A stretch of 64,000 nucleotides of DNA from an uncultured cyanobacterium (GCA_963744145.1 CAVUSO010000001.1:2848001-2912000), one strand, 5' to 3'. Positions 31,553 to 42,554 are shown, counted from the stretch's first letter. Notes: generated by a model not told the origin, from the letters alone. Program-made: numbers and translations.

Positions 31553-32560
31553 CGATCGACAAACATTAAATAAAATAAATTCCCCGTAGGGGCGAAGCAT
31601 TCGGGCGATCAATAATCACTAAAGCGACTAATATTATATCCGAATGCTTCGCCCTTCTTCGCCGATATATCCAAAAATACCTTCGCCGATATATCCAAAA
31701 ATACCTTCGCCGATATATCCCAAAATATCTAAACCGTATTTCATCATAAAATTGCCCCAGCTAAACCGATCAAACTTCGCGATCGCAATGGTTAGAAACA
31801 GCGATGGCAAATATGGAATCAAACTTCGCGATCGCAATGGATAGAAACAGCGATCGACAAACATTAAATAAAATAAATTCCCCGTAGGGGCGAAGCATTC
31901 GGGCGATCAATAATCGCTACATCGATTAACATTATATCCGAATGCTTCGCCCTTCTTCGCCGAGATATCCCAAAATACCTTCGCCGAGATATCCCAAAAT
32001 ATCTAAACCGTATTTCATCATAAAATTGCCCCAGCTAAACCGATCAAACTTCGCGATCGCAATGGTTAGAAACAGCGATGGCAAATATGGAATCAAACTT
32101 CGCGATCGCAATGGATAGAAACAGCGATCGACAAACATTAAATAAAATAAATTCCCCGTAGGGGCGAAGCATTCGGGCGATCAATAATCGCTACATCGAT
32201 TAACATTATATCCGAATGCTTCGCCCTTCTTCGCCGAGATATCCCAAAATACCTTCGCCGAGATATCCCAAAATATCTAAACCGTATTTCATCATAAAAT
32301 TGCCCCAACTAAACCGTTCAAACTTCGCGATCGCAATGGTTGGAGATTGCTTACCTCGCAATGACATGATTAATTTTTGTTCTCAGATTTGGCGATCGCA
32401 ATGGTTTCAATACGGGTCAGTTAAGGATTTTTTTTGGGAGATCTCGGCGAAGAAGGGCGAAGCATTCGGATATAATATTAATCGCCCTTCGACTACGCTC
32501 AGGGTAAAATGTAAGTGATAATTTATCGCCCGAATGCTTCGCCCCTACACTTAACTGATA
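31553..32560. repeat. Tandem array of REP-hairpin units (298, 274, ~220 bp) plus one inverted MITE-like copy
   Basis: Units start cgatcgacaaacattaaa at 31553, 31851, 32125; each has GTAGGGGCGAAGCATTCGG…CCGAATGCTTCGCCC and an internal 24-bp repeat (3 vs 2 copies). Confidence 0.9.
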
Positions 32561-32561
32561 A

Positions 32562-35500
32562 CTACCGTACACCTTGACTGATAAAACCTGCCCAATAAAA
32601 AGGAGAATTAAAAATCTGAGTATCTAGCGTCTTGCTTTTGAAGTGATCAATTTGCTTAAGAGATCGATCAAGATTGAGGTAATAAGTGCTAATTTCCTGA
32701 TCATCAGGATAAACTTCAACCTGCTCTGTAGTCTGAGCGATTAATAGTTGCACATATTTCCTCATCGCTTTTAAATCAGGTAATAAATCCTTAACAGTTT
32801 TGTTGCGTAAATCTTGTTGAGCCAATTGTAATGCTTTAGCTCGATCCTCTCCAGCTTGTCGGTATTGGTAATAAAATAAACAAAAGAAAGTCGTCGCTAG
32901 AGCATTTACTGACCAAAGTGTACTAATTACACTTCTTGCACCTGCACATAGGAAACCTGCTGCAAGGGTGAGAATATCATCTGTAATATTAGGACTACCT
33001 AAATTAGTTTCGCAACAAGAAAGAAAAATTTCCACTAAGTGGGGCATCCGCCAACCTGGACTCATTAATTGTCCCAAAGTCAGATGACCATCTCCTAATT
33101 GCAAAGCAGATTCTAAAGGACTACTTAAGTTTGAACCTGCATGGTGACTAGAATGTAAGCCCCGTAATTGGGAATTTTTAGTTAATTGACGATAATTGTC
33201 AACCGTAGCTTGTTGCTTTCCTTTCAAACGCTGGGGTTCCGGAATACCTAAAAATTTAGCAATTTGTTCACACTCATAGGCTGCCATTACCAAATCATTA
33301 GTAGCATCTTCAATCGTGGCATATTTTGAACCAGCTAGAGCAGGATATGGATCTTTTACTTCCCTGTCGTGACAATAGCCCAGGATTTGGGCACTAGGAA
33401 CAACCCGGAGACAAAATAAATCACCAAAATATCCATTTCTGCTGTTTAAGGAGGGATCAACAGGTAAAGCAGCAAAGGGGAGAAGATGTAATAAAATATG
33501 AGGAATCAGAATTAATTCCTCAATTTCTTGTAAACAGTTCTTAATTAGATCATTAAGGCAAAGTTTATTAGCAACCTCTTGCAGTGTTGCTCCCATCTTT
33601 TGGTTCCAGTTATCATTATCCTTGTAGTAGGGAATTAACCATTGATCACGCAGGAATATTTGTAAATCACCATAACCTGCATTTTCGCATTTATGTAACA
33701 GTAAAGATATTTTACTCCCAGATGGTAAAGACATTTGCTCTAACTGATTTCCAGAATTTTGAGAACGACGCAAAACAAAAATATAGGTATGTTCATTGGT
33801 ACTGTAGAAACTCAGTAGAGCAGTTTTGGGGGAATCAACAATTAATTCTTTGAGAGTTTCAAAATTAATCGGAGGGACTTCTAATCTATCCGCCAGAACT
33901 TTATCTTTTTTCCGTATCTCTAACCAGATTTGCTCTTTCTGTTTATACAATTCCTCTAAGATAACTTTAGTTTCCTCAAAGGATTTGTTACTCCGGATTA
34001 ATCTTTTCTCTGTAACAACAGGTTTATTAGCATCATCACTTTGTTGATTGAATTGTTCTTGGTTAATCTGCTTTTGAATAGCTTCGTATTGTTCAAGGTA
34101 TTCTCTAATATCTTCAGGAATATCTCCACCTTGATAGAGATCATTACTATACATTAATTCAACTAAATGGCGAGAACGGGCACGCTCTGTAAGTAAAATT
34201 GCCTCTTGATATAAACCCAAATTGATATAACATTGCAAAGCCTTATTATAGATATCAATAGCAGCTTCAAGAATTTCTTGTCGCCCTTTGTCAGTAGTTG
34301 CCCAAGTGCGAGTTTGTTCAACAGATTCGATCGCAGGTTCATAACCTTCTAGAGCAACTTGCCATTGTCCTAGTTTAAAGGCTAAATTACCCAAATTACG
34401 CCCAGCTCTGTGACAGTCAACAGGGAGAAGTTTAGGCTTAAAATATTCTAAAGCTTGACGATAATAATCAATCGCTTTTTGCTGATTAGTTTCCTTCTCG
34501 ACTCCGATCTCGGCTAGGGTTTGGTAAGCAATACCTAAATTAGTCAGAGTGGAAGAAAGGTCTTTCTCTAAACCTAAGCGGTTTCTGATTTCTGCGGCTT
34601 GGTGATATACGGCGATCGCCTCGCGTAAATTCCTTTCCCCATCCACGCCGATCTGGGCTAGGGTTCCGTAAGCAATACCTAAATTATTCAGAGTGGAAGA
34701 AAGGTCTTTCTCTAAACCTAAGCGGTTTCTGATTTCTGCGGCTTGGTGATATATGGCGATCGCCTCGCGTAAATTCCTTTCCCCATCCACGCCGATCAGG
34801 GCTAGGGTACTGTAAGCAATACCTAAATTATTCAGAGTGGAAGAAAGGTCTTTCTCTAAACCTAAGCGGTTTCTGATTTCTGCGGCTTGGTGATATACGG
34901 CAATCGCCTCGCGTAAATTCCTTTCCCCATCCACGCCGATCTGGGCTAGGATACTGTAAGCAATACCTAAATGAGTCAGAGTGGAAGAAAGGTCTTTATC
35001 TAAACCTAAGCAGTTACTGATTTCTGCGGCTTGGTGATATATGGCGATCGCCTCGCCTAAATTCCTTTCCCCATCCACGCCGATCTGGGCTAGGTTTCGG
35101 TAAGCTACACCTAAATTAGTCAGAGTGTCAGAAAGGTTTTTATCTAAACCTAAGCGGTTACAGATTTCTGCGGCTTGGTGATATATGGCGATCGCCTCGC
35201 CTAAATTCCTTTCCCCATCCACGCCGATCTGGGCTAGGGTTAGGTAAGCATTACCTAAATTAGTCAGAGTGTCAGAAAGGTCTTTCTCTAAACCTAAGCG
35301 GTTTCTGATTTCTGCGGCTTGGTGATATACGGCGATCGCAAATTTAATCTCATATTCTCGACAGCCTAGAGGAGATTGCAAAATAGTAATGCAAACGTCT
35401 CCCAATAATGCCGCGAGAGCATTTTGAGCTGATGGTTCTAAATTAGTTAAAACTGTTGTGAACCGTCCTTCAAAGACAGAAATCAAGGTAGAATCAAAAT

Positions 35501-36023
35501 AATCGCGATACTGGGCAATCACTTGATAAACTTGCTCTTCATTACCTGATAATTTTGCTTGTAGGAGTTGTTGGATTATTTGTAAGTAAGTTTGCTCTTG
35601 CGTTCTTGCTTGTTTTTCTAGTGCCTCTAAACCTTCCACTAAAACCATTGGTAATAACTGTCTCGGTACAGGTACTAATATCTCTAACCAACTATCTTGC
35701 CATTCTGTACCTAACCTATCCTGCAATAACCATACTAATAGTTCTTTTGACTCTTGATTTTGTTTCCCAGTAGTTTGCTGTGCGGTCGAAAATAACAAAG
35801 GTGGTTCTTCCCCTGGTCGATACAATAAAAGAGGAGCATCCACTTCCTGCACTGTAGCTCCACAGTGGGGACAATCTAACCGATGTAAACTCCCGACCTC
35901 TAATCGCTCCACTAAATCCGGTTGCTCAAAAGTATTGACAATCAACCAAATTTGTGCATCAAAACCACTCTGACAATGAGGACAGTTAATTAACTGGTGC
36001 TGGACGTATGAATGTTGGGACAT
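32562..36023 (-). CDS. CpXC zinc-ribbon / TPR / CHAT (caspase-like) protease
   Basis: CPHC…CPHC N-terminus, six 48-aa TPR-like repeats, ERARSR, LILIPH, HSSHHAG and FLSCCETN catalytic motifs, SPFYWAGF. Confidence 0.92.
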   Translation of the reverse strand: MSQHSYVQHQLINCPHCQSGFDAQIWLIVNTFEQPDLVERLEVGSLHRLDCPHCGATVQEVDAPLLLYRPGEEPPLLFSTAQQTTGKQNQESKELLVWLLQDRLGTEWQDSWLEILVPVPRQLLPMVLVEGLEALEKQARTQEQTYLQIIQQLLQAKLSGNEEQVYQVIAQYRDYFDSTLISVFEGRFTTVLTNLEPSAQNALAALLGDVCITILQSPLGCREYEIKFAIAVYHQAAEIRNRLGLEKDLSDTLTNLGNAYLTLAQIGVDGERNLGEAIAIYHQAAEICNRLGLDKNLSDTLTNLGVAYRNLAQIGVDGERNLGEAIAIYHQAAEISNCLGLDKDLSSTLTHLGIAYSILAQIGVDGERNLREAIAVYHQAAEIRNRLGLEKDLSSTLNNLGIAYSTLALIGVDGERNLREAIAIYHQAAEIRNRLGLEKDLSSTLNNLGIAYGTLAQIGVDGERNLREAIAVYHQAAEIRNRLGLEKDLSSTLTNLGIAYQTLAEIGVEKETNQQKAIDYYRQALEYFKPKLLPVDCHRAGRNLGNLAFKLGQWQVALEGYEPAIESVEQTRTWATTDKGRQEILEAAIDIYNKALQCYINLGLYQEAILLTERARSRHLVELMYSNDLYQGGDIPEDIREYLEQYEAIQKQINQEQFNQQSDDANKPVVTEKRLIRSNKSFEETKVILEELYKQKEQIWLEIRKKDKVLADRLEVPPINFETLKELIVDSPKTALLSFYSTNEHTYIFVLRRSQNSGNQLEQMSLPSGSKISLLLHKCENAGYGDLQIFLRDQWLIPYYKDNDNWNQKMGATLQEVANKLCLNDLIKNCLQEIEELILIPHILLHLLPFAALPVDPSLNSRNGYFGDLFCLRVVPSAQILGYCHDREVKDPYPALAGSKYATIEDATNDLVMAAYECEQIAKFLGIPEPQRLKGKQQATVDNYRQLTKNSQLRGLHSSHHAGSNLSSPLESALQLGDGHLTLGQLMSPGWRMPHLVEIFLSCCETNLGSPNITDDILTLAAGFLCAGARSVISTLWSVNALATTFFCLFYYQYRQAGEDRAKALQLAQQDLRNKTVKDLLPDLKAMRKYVQLLIAQTTEQVEVYPDDQEISTYYLNLDRSLKQIDHFKSKTLDTQIFNSPFYWAGFISQGVR
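34500..35339 (-). repeat. Six near-identical 144-bp TPR-coding repeats
   Basis: ggc(g/a)atcgc anchor at 34611, 34755, 34899, 35043, 35187, 35331. Confidence 0.92.
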
Positions 36024-36202
36024 AAAAATTTTCGCTGGTTCTAATTATGGCAACGGTTATATATATGTCTCGTCATAGTTCGGCTAAATTATGCAATTTT
36101 GACAGACTGGGAATAGAAAACCTAAAACGCGATTCCATCCGATCCAAATATATAGGATCACCTGTTTTTTTGGCAAAACTTATGATATAAGCTATCGAGC
36201 AT

Positions 36203-37334
36203 TTAAACTGTGATACAGGCATTACCCTTGTTTTTAATTTTGCGTTCCCACTTAATAACTAAACCTCCTTCATTTAAAAGTTGATGTAATAAAGACTCTA
36301 ACTCTTCAATTGATTTAAATAGCCGATTGGCAATGAATTCTTTTGCTGAATGCCAGACTAATTCAATTAGGTTATAATCTGGGCTATATTCAGGGAGAAA
36401 TTCTAAATGAATATTTGGCATTTCAGTTTTAATTTTATCTAGATACTCTTTTTTCTTATGAAAACTAGCATGATCAAGAATTATCACAATTTTGGGGCCT
36501 TTTTTTGGAAAATCAGATGCTTTATTGCCCGCTTCTACCCATTCAGAAATTAGTTCACTCATAAAAATTTTGAGAACTTTATAAAAATTATTTGAGTTCC
36601 CTTTATTTAGAAACTCTACAAATCTTTTTTTATCTGAATACCGTAGTCCTCCCATTACATTAACTCTTCCTTTTCTGCGATCTACCCTGACATTTTTTCG
36701 GGTTCCTTTTTTACCCCAATTCTTTCTTCTAATGACTCTTAAACTAAATACACTTTCATCCCAAAAGCATAACTGTAAAAGATTTGAGTTTTCTTTTGCT
36801 ATTTTTAAATATTCTTTAAGCTTTTCTTTAAAAGCTTTTCTTTTTTCTGGATCTTGCTTAGACTCTAAGCTATATTTTGCCCAGATATAAACGTACTTTT
36901 TTTGCTTTAATATCCGACGAACTTGTGACACACTTAATTTTATTCCGGTGCAATTTTCTAAATATGTTGCTAATCTTTGAGCTGTCCATCTCCCAAATTC
37001 GTATCCTAATTCTTGGGGGTCTTTGTTGATAGTCTCTAATAAGATTTCTATATATTTGTCTGTAGCTTTTTTATGGTTTCCCTTCATCCTCTCGTCTTTT
37101 AGACTTTCTAAATTATCTGGGTCTGCATGAACACACCAGTAGGGGCGTATTGCAATACGCCCCTACTTTATTTAATGAACAACCCAAAAATTCAGCTATT
37201 TTAGCTTGCGTTTTCCCGTCATTGAGTAATAATAAAATCAAAATTCTTTCTCTAATATTTCCATTTTCTTCATCTTTTAATGCTTTCTGTAGTTTCTCTA
37301 TTTGCTCTGATTTGAGATGATTCTGTGCTGGCAT
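36203..37334 (-). pseudogene. IS630 transposase split by a 28-bp REP palindrome
   Basis: HTH N-part 37113-37334 and DDE part (FWDES, ILDHASFHK, PEYSPDYNLIE) 36203-37087 rejoin as KVAYWCVHADPDNLESLKDERMKGNH if 19 nt of the palindrome are removed. Confidence 0.85.
37139..37166. repeat. Perfect 28-bp GTAG-type REP palindrome
   Basis: gtaggggcgtattg|caatacgcccctac. Confidence 0.92.
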
Positions 37335-37730
37335 AGTCCCACTGATTTCAATGAATTTCGTTTTCTATTATACCCTATTTAAATGCCTAACAGCTTACTA
37401 CACATACAGATCCCCCTAAATCCCCCTTAAAAAGGAGGACTTTAATGCAAAATTGACCATATTTATAGTTAATAGAAAATCTGGAAATGCAGTTTTCTTA
37501 CTCTCTGGTGAAACCTATTCAGTTGGACAGAGGGAATACTTTTATATGCTTTTCTATGGTAAATTTATGGCTCAAATTTACTCTTAATTAAAATTAACTA
37601 TGTTAACTTTATTTATGTCCGACTACTTAGCGGTTTATCAGCAGGACAGTTTAGCATTTAACGCCGCGTTTGGGTCGCTCACCGCCAGAGTCAATTCGGG
37701 GGTGCGATCGGGTTTATCGACTTTAAATAT

Positions 37731-37770
37731 AAAAAGTCCCGAATCTGTGCAAGCTAGCTGTTCGGATTTT
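37731..37770 (-). terminator. Probable terminator of the tyrS-pyrF-hypothetical run
   Basis: On minus strand: tccgaa…ttcggga stem followed by cttttt. Confidence 0.45.
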
Positions 37771-37817
37771 AGATATTATCTCTAGCTGATCTGACTGAAA
37801 TATAACTCAATACAGTG

Positions 37818-38357
37818 CTAATTTTTCTCTGAACAGTCTAGCAACCAAGCTCGGATTGCTTGACCGATCGCACTGTTGCTGCTTTCTCTTGGTGGTGAGG
37901 GTGGTGTTCGGTTGGGATAACTTCCTGTCCGCGAAAACATGATCACTAATTGCCACCCGTGCGGAGTTTCTGTTAAAAATAACCAATGAAATTGTTGGAT
38001 TTCGATCGCTTTTCCCGATACATATTCTCGTTCTAAGGTAGTAATAAATACTTGACGAGGCTCGGGTGAGTGGTCAGTAGTTGGACTTGTTTGGGTTGTT
38101 GTTAAGGGTAGTGGTTCAAATTCTGGATTTCCGGCTAAAAGTACACTACCCGGAGTTTGATTAATCCCAGGTAGACGAGACCTTTGCATAATTCGATTCG
38201 CGTAGCTGGGTAGGTCTTGGAGCAGTTGTTTGATCAGAGGTTGGATTTCTGTTGAACATTGGGGATGGTGAGAATGGGCGATCGCTGGACCAGACCAAAA
38301 TAATTGGGTCTGAATGAATAACCAGAGCAAGTTTTTTGCTATTGACATTCTGTACAA
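37818..38357 (-). CDS. Conserved cyanobacterial hypothetical exported protein
   Basis: Signal-like N-terminus; [44 protein letters not shown]; overlaps the pyrF stop. Confidence 0.75.
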   Translation of the reverse strand: MYRMSIAKNLLWLFIQTQLFWSGPAIAHSHHPQCSTEIQPLIKQLLQDLPSYANRIMQRSRLPGINQTPGSVLLAGNPEFEPLPLTTTQTSPTTDHSPEPRQVFITTLEREYVSGKAIEIQQFHWLFLTETPHGWQLVIMFSRTGSYPNRTPPSPPRESSNSAIGQAIRAWLLDCSEKN

Positions 38358-39058
38358 ATTCGTTCAAAAGCACTAGCAGGATCAGCTGAAGTTGTAATCG
38401 GACGACCAATAACTAAGTAATTAGCCCCGGATTTTAAGGTAGCAGTTGGTGTTAAGATTCTTTGTTGATCTCCGACGGTTGACCATAGTGGTCGTACTCC
38501 CGGACAAACTAACAGAAAATCTGGTCCACAGACTTCGCGCAATTGGGCTACTTCTTGGGGAGAACAAACTGCTCCCTTTAAACCGCTTTCTTGCGCTAGT
38601 AATGCCATTTTTAAAGCATATTCTGGTAGTTCTAAGGGAACTTTTAAATCAAAGGCTAAATCTCTTGCTGTCAGACTAGTTAGTAAGGTAATTGCGATTA
38701 ATTTTGGTGGTGGAGATCCAGATAGTTCTGCACCCTCAATTATAGCTTTTTGTGCTGTTTGTAAAGCATTTTTTCCCGCAGTAGCATGAATACTAATTAA
38801 ATCTACACCATAACTGGCAGCAACCAGACAAGCACGAGCTACAGTGTTAGGAATATCGTGAAATTTTAAATCTAAAAATATCCGTTTTTGGCGGGATTTT
38901 AAGATTTCGATGATCTTTGGACCGGTACTGACGAATAATTCTAATCCGACTTTCCAAAAAGTTACCTGTGGTAAGATATCCAGCAGCGCGATCGCTTCTG
39001 GTTCACTGCCAACATCTAAAGGAACTATAATTCGATCAGCGATTTTTTCACTAAGCAT
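38339..39058 (-). CDS. pyrF: Orotidine-5'-phosphate decarboxylase
   Basis: [35 protein letters not shown]. Confidence 0.98.
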   Translation of the reverse strand: MLSEKIADRIIVPLDVGSEPEAIALLDILPQVTFWKVGLELFVSTGPKIIEILKSRQKRIFLDLKFHDIPNTVARACLVAASYGVDLISIHATAGKNALQTAQKAIIEGAELSGSPPPKLIAITLLTSLTARDLAFDLKVPLELPEYALKMALLAQESGLKGAVCSPQEVAQLREVCGPDFLLVCPGVRPLWSTVGDQQRILTPTATLKSGANYLVIGRPITTSADPASAFERICTECQ

Positions 39059-39070
39059 AGATTACCTAAT

Positions 39071-40306
39071 CTAAACCAAACGCACAAATTTATTTTTGCC
39101 CATTTGTAATATTCTGCCCTGCAATTCGGTGGGTGTATCAAAAATCAGATTAGGATCAATCACCCGATCGCTATCTAACCGAATCCCTCCACTTTGAATT
39201 TGTTTACGTGCTTCTGTGCTACTTTTACATAAACCGCTAGCACTAAGAATATAAAACAATTTGGCTGGAAATTGTACTGCATCTAGACAAAACTCAGGGA
39301 CTTGATCAGCTTGAGTAGCATCACCTTTTTTCACTAGAGCGATCGCGGCTTCTTGTGCTTGCTCGGCTGCGGGTAACCCATGATATTGAGCAACGATATT
39401 CAGAGCCAAAAGTTTTTGTCTTTCCCGAGGATTTTCTGGTAATTGATCAAGGGGCAAATCCGTCAATAATTCAAAATATTGTCCAATCAAATGATCAGGA
39501 ATTTTTTCTAACTTTGAGTACATACTCAGGGGGTCTTCCGACATTCCCACATAATTACCCAAAGACTTAGACATCTTCTGGACTCCATCAGAACCGAGCA
39601 AAATGGGCATCAGCATCCCAAATTGAGGTGTTTGACCAAAATGACGTTGTAAATCCCGACCGACAGCAATATTAAACTTTTGGTCAGTTCCTCCTAACTC
39701 TACATCAGCAGCGATCGCCACAGAATCATAACCTTGCATTAAGGGATAAAGAAACTCATGGAGGTAAATGGGTTGATTTTGAGCCATCCGTAAATCAAAA
39801 CCCTCTTTGGCTAACATTTGTCCTACAGTCATAGTTGCTAACAAATCGAGAATTTGAGCTAAATCTAACTTCTGCAACCATTCCGAGTTATAACGAATTT
39901 CTAAGCGTCCCGGAGTATCAAAATCTAAAATTGGACGTACTTGAGCTAAATAATTTTCCGCATTACGAGCGACTTGAGCGGGAGTTAATTGATTACGAAC
40001 CTCCGATTTGCCAGTCGGATCACCGATTCGGGCGGTAAAATCACCAATAATTAGGACGGCTACATGACCGTCATCTTGAAATGCTCTAAGTTTCCGAACT
40101 GGGATACTATGTCCTAAGTGGATATCAGTACCAGTTGGGTCAATTCCCAATTTGACCCGCAATGGTTTTCCCTTGACTTGAGCTAAACGATTAGCCAAAT
40201 TTTCATCAGGATGGGGCGAATCAGAGCGATCAGGGAAAATCTCACTAATACCACGGCGTAACCAATTGAGGGAATCGCTCATACTTTGGGAATAAGGGGA
40301 AAACAT
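39071..40306 (-). CDS. tyrS: Tyrosine--tRNA ligase
   Basis: [23 protein letters not shown]4-like C-terminus. Confidence 0.98.
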   Translation of the reverse strand: MFSPYSQSMSDSLNWLRRGISEIFPDRSDSPHPDENLANRLAQVKGKPLRVKLGIDPTGTDIHLGHSIPVRKLRAFQDDGHVAVLIIGDFTARIGDPTGKSEVRNQLTPAQVARNAENYLAQVRPILDFDTPGRLEIRYNSEWLQKLDLAQILDLLATMTVGQMLAKEGFDLRMAQNQPIYLHEFLYPLMQGYDSVAIAADVELGGTDQKFNIAVGRDLQRHFGQTPQFGMLMPILLGSDGVQKMSKSLGNYVGMSEDPLSMYSKLEKIPDHLIGQYFELLTDLPLDQLPENPRERQKLLALNIVAQYHGLPAAEQAQEAAIALVKKGDATQADQVPEFCLDAVQFPAKLFYILSASGLCKSSTEARKQIQSGGIRLDSDRVIDPNLIFDTPTELQGRILQMGKNKFVRLV

Positions 40307-40637
40307 GCTAATAGCAAAGGGAGTTTTTGGGTTAGTTAAACATACTTGTTTAATACTTAAGCTACTATAATTGCAAAAATTAGGTGTAAAAATCTACCAA
40401 CACTGTCAGAAAAAGCCATTTTTACTAAAATTGTAATTGGCAGTGTGAATTATCACCTAAACACCCTTCAAAATAATCGCTTAAGGCTGTCCGGATATGA
40501 CTGTTGTCGTGGAGTTAAAGAAGTGAATAGGTCAAGGTCGAAAACCATGCTTAGGGGACATTCAACACCAGGTGTAGTTGAAACCTTGATCAGTCACACT
40601 GAAATTTTATTCAGCCTTGTGAGGAAGTAAAATCGCC

Positions 40638-42554
40638 GTGTCTACTAACACGATTGGACAAAATCCACCAAAAGATACAGCACCCATTTTGCAATTTGCT
40701 CAGGGTGTCAGCAAAATCACCGCAGGTACGTTACTCGGTCTGACTATGTTAGCTAGTTCCGTGGTAGCTGGAGGGTTGGTTGGCTTGGCCATCAGCTTCC
40801 GGAATCTACCAGATGTGAGAATTCTGAAAAACTATGTTCCTACGGAAACTACTTATATTTATGACATTAAAGGCACGTCCCTGGCCAGTATTCATGGTGA
40901 GGCTAATCGAGAAGTCGTTCCTCTTAATAAAATCTCCCCTCATCTCAAACGAGCGGTAATCGCGATCGAAGATAGCCACTTTTTCCTGCACCAGGGGATT
41001 AATCCTGGTGGGATTGGTCGTGCTTTAAAAGCTAACTGGGATGAAGGTCGAACGGTGGAAGGGGGATCAACTCTAACCATGCAGTTGGTCAAAAACCTGT
41101 TTCTTTCTCCGAAGCGTGCTTTTAGCCGTAAAGTTGCTGAAGCAGTGTTAGCGATTCGTTTAGAACAAATTTTCACCAAAGACCAGATTCTGGAAATGTA
41201 TCTGAATCAGGTTTATTGGGGTCATAATACCTACGGTGCCCAAACTGCATCCCAAAGTTATTTTGGTAAACCTGCATCGGATTTAGACTTAGCTGAGTCA
41301 GCTTTAATGGCTGGGTTGATTCAAGCCCCAGAAGAATATAGTCCTTTTATTAATTATAAGTTGGCTAAACAACGACAAGCAGTGGTTTTAGCCCGGATGA
41401 AGGAACTAAAATGGATTTCGGCAGCAGAAGAAAGTGCGGCTCGTCAAGAACCGATCAAACTAGGCAGAATTACTTCTTTTCAACAAAGTAAAATGCCTTA
41501 TGTGACTGAGGCGGTAATCAAGGAATTAACTGCGCGCTTTGGTCGAGATGCTCTGCTCAAAGGTGGGATGCGGGTCCAGACTACAATTGATACACATTTA
41601 CAGCGGATCGCTGAAGATACGGTTAATCGTTGGCATGACCGCATTTATTATCAATTAAATGCTGACCAGATGGCTTTAGCTTCCGTCGATCCCCGGACTC
41701 ATTTTGTGAAAGCTTTGGTTGGTGGTGTTGATTATAAAAAAAGTCAATTTAATCGTGCCCTCCAATCTCTACGTCAGCCTGGTTCTTCTTTTAAACCTTT
41801 TGTTTACTATACGGCTTTTGCTTCTGGCAAATTTTCACCGGATTCCACGGTGATGGATACTCCGGTTAGTTATCCTGATGGTGATTCCTATTACTCTCCC
41901 CAAAACTATGGTGGTGGTTTTTCTGGTGCTGTGACCATTCGGAGGGCTTTAGAAGTGTCCATCAATGTCCCGGCGATTAAAGTGGGTCAAGCGATCGGCT
42001 TGAATAAGGTGATTGAAACTTGTCGATTGTTGGGAATTAAAAGCCCCATGGAACCCGTGATTTCTTTACCTTTAGGTGCTGTTGACCTGACACCTTTAGA
42101 GATGGCTAGTGCTTATTCCACTTTTGCTAGTAATGGTTGGCAATCTGATACTACGTTTATTGTCAAAGTTACCGATAGTAGTGGCAATGTCTTGTTAGAT
42201 AATACACCTAAACCCCGACAAGTCCTCGATCCCTGGGCTGTTGCTTCCCTTAATAGTGTCCTACAAGGGGTAATTAATGAGGGTACAGGTGTAGCAGCCC
42301 AAATTGGTCGTCCCGCTGCTGGCAAAACGGGGACGACTTCTTCGGAAAGGGATATTTGGTTTGTCGGATATGTCCCGCAACTAGCTACAGCGATTTGGGT
42401 GGGTAATGATGATTATAGTCCCATGGGTTATGGGGCAACAGGTGGGGGATTTGTAGCACCAATTTGGCGCGATTTTATGGACCAAGCTTTACAAGGTGTT
42501 CCAGTGGAAAATTTCCGTTCTCCTTCAGAGTTTGACCCACCTGCGGCGAATTAA
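40638..42554 (+). CDS. Class A penicillin-binding protein (PBP1A family)
   Basis: EDSHF, GGSTLTMQLVKN, RKVAE, GSSFK, SIN, KTGT; GTG start with GAGGA RBS. Confidence 0.96.
   Translation: MSTNTIGQNPPKDTAPILQFAQGVSKITAGTLLGLTMLASSVVAGGLVGLAISFRNLPDVRILKNYVPTETTYIYDIKGTSLASIHGEANREVVPLNKISPHLKRAVIAIEDSHFFLHQGINPGGIGRALKANWDEGRTVEGGSTLTMQLVKNLFLSPKRAFSRKVAEAVLAIRLEQIFTKDQILEMYLNQVYWGHNTYGAQTASQSYFGKPASDLDLAESALMAGLIQAPEEYSPFINYKLAKQRQAVVLARMKELKWISAAEESAARQEPIKLGRITSFQQSKMPYVTEAVIKELTARFGRDALLKGGMRVQTTIDTHLQRIAEDTVNRWHDRIYYQLNADQMALASVDPRTHFVKALVGGVDYKKSQFNRALQSLRQPGSSFKPFVYYTAFASGKFSPDSTVMDTPVSYPDGDSYYSPQNYGGGFSGAVTIRRALEVSINVPAIKVGQAIGLNKVIETCRLLGIKSPMEPVISLPLGAVDLTPLEMASAYSTFASNGWQSDTTFIVKVTDSSGNVLLDNTPKPRQVLDPWAVASLNSVLQGVINEGTGVAAQIGRPAAGKTGTTSSERDIWFVGYVPQLATAIWVGNDDYSPMGYGATGGGFVAPIWRDFMDQALQGVPVENFRSPSEFDPPAAN

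Larger units (their letters stand above)
36188..37397 (-). mobile_element. IS630-family element
   Basis: Imperfect IRs taagctatcgagcatttaaa / tttaaatgcctaacagctta with terminal TA; IS630-type transposase inside. Confidence 0.85.

Noticed and set aside
31377..32518. Small ORFs with PSPIYPKI / GYIGEGIF repeats
   Set aside because: Translations of the 24-bp subrepeat on both strands; no coding evidence
31553..32560. Possible CRISPR array
   Set aside because: Whole ~280-bp units repeat with no unique spacers, and no cas genes are present
36203..37334. Programmed frameshift explaining the two IS630 ORFs
   Set aside because: The break coincides exactly with the REP palindrome, not a slippery A-run
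40445..40630. 61-aa ORF upstream of the PBP gene
   Set aside because: No recognisable family; lies in the divergent tyrS/PBP promoter region
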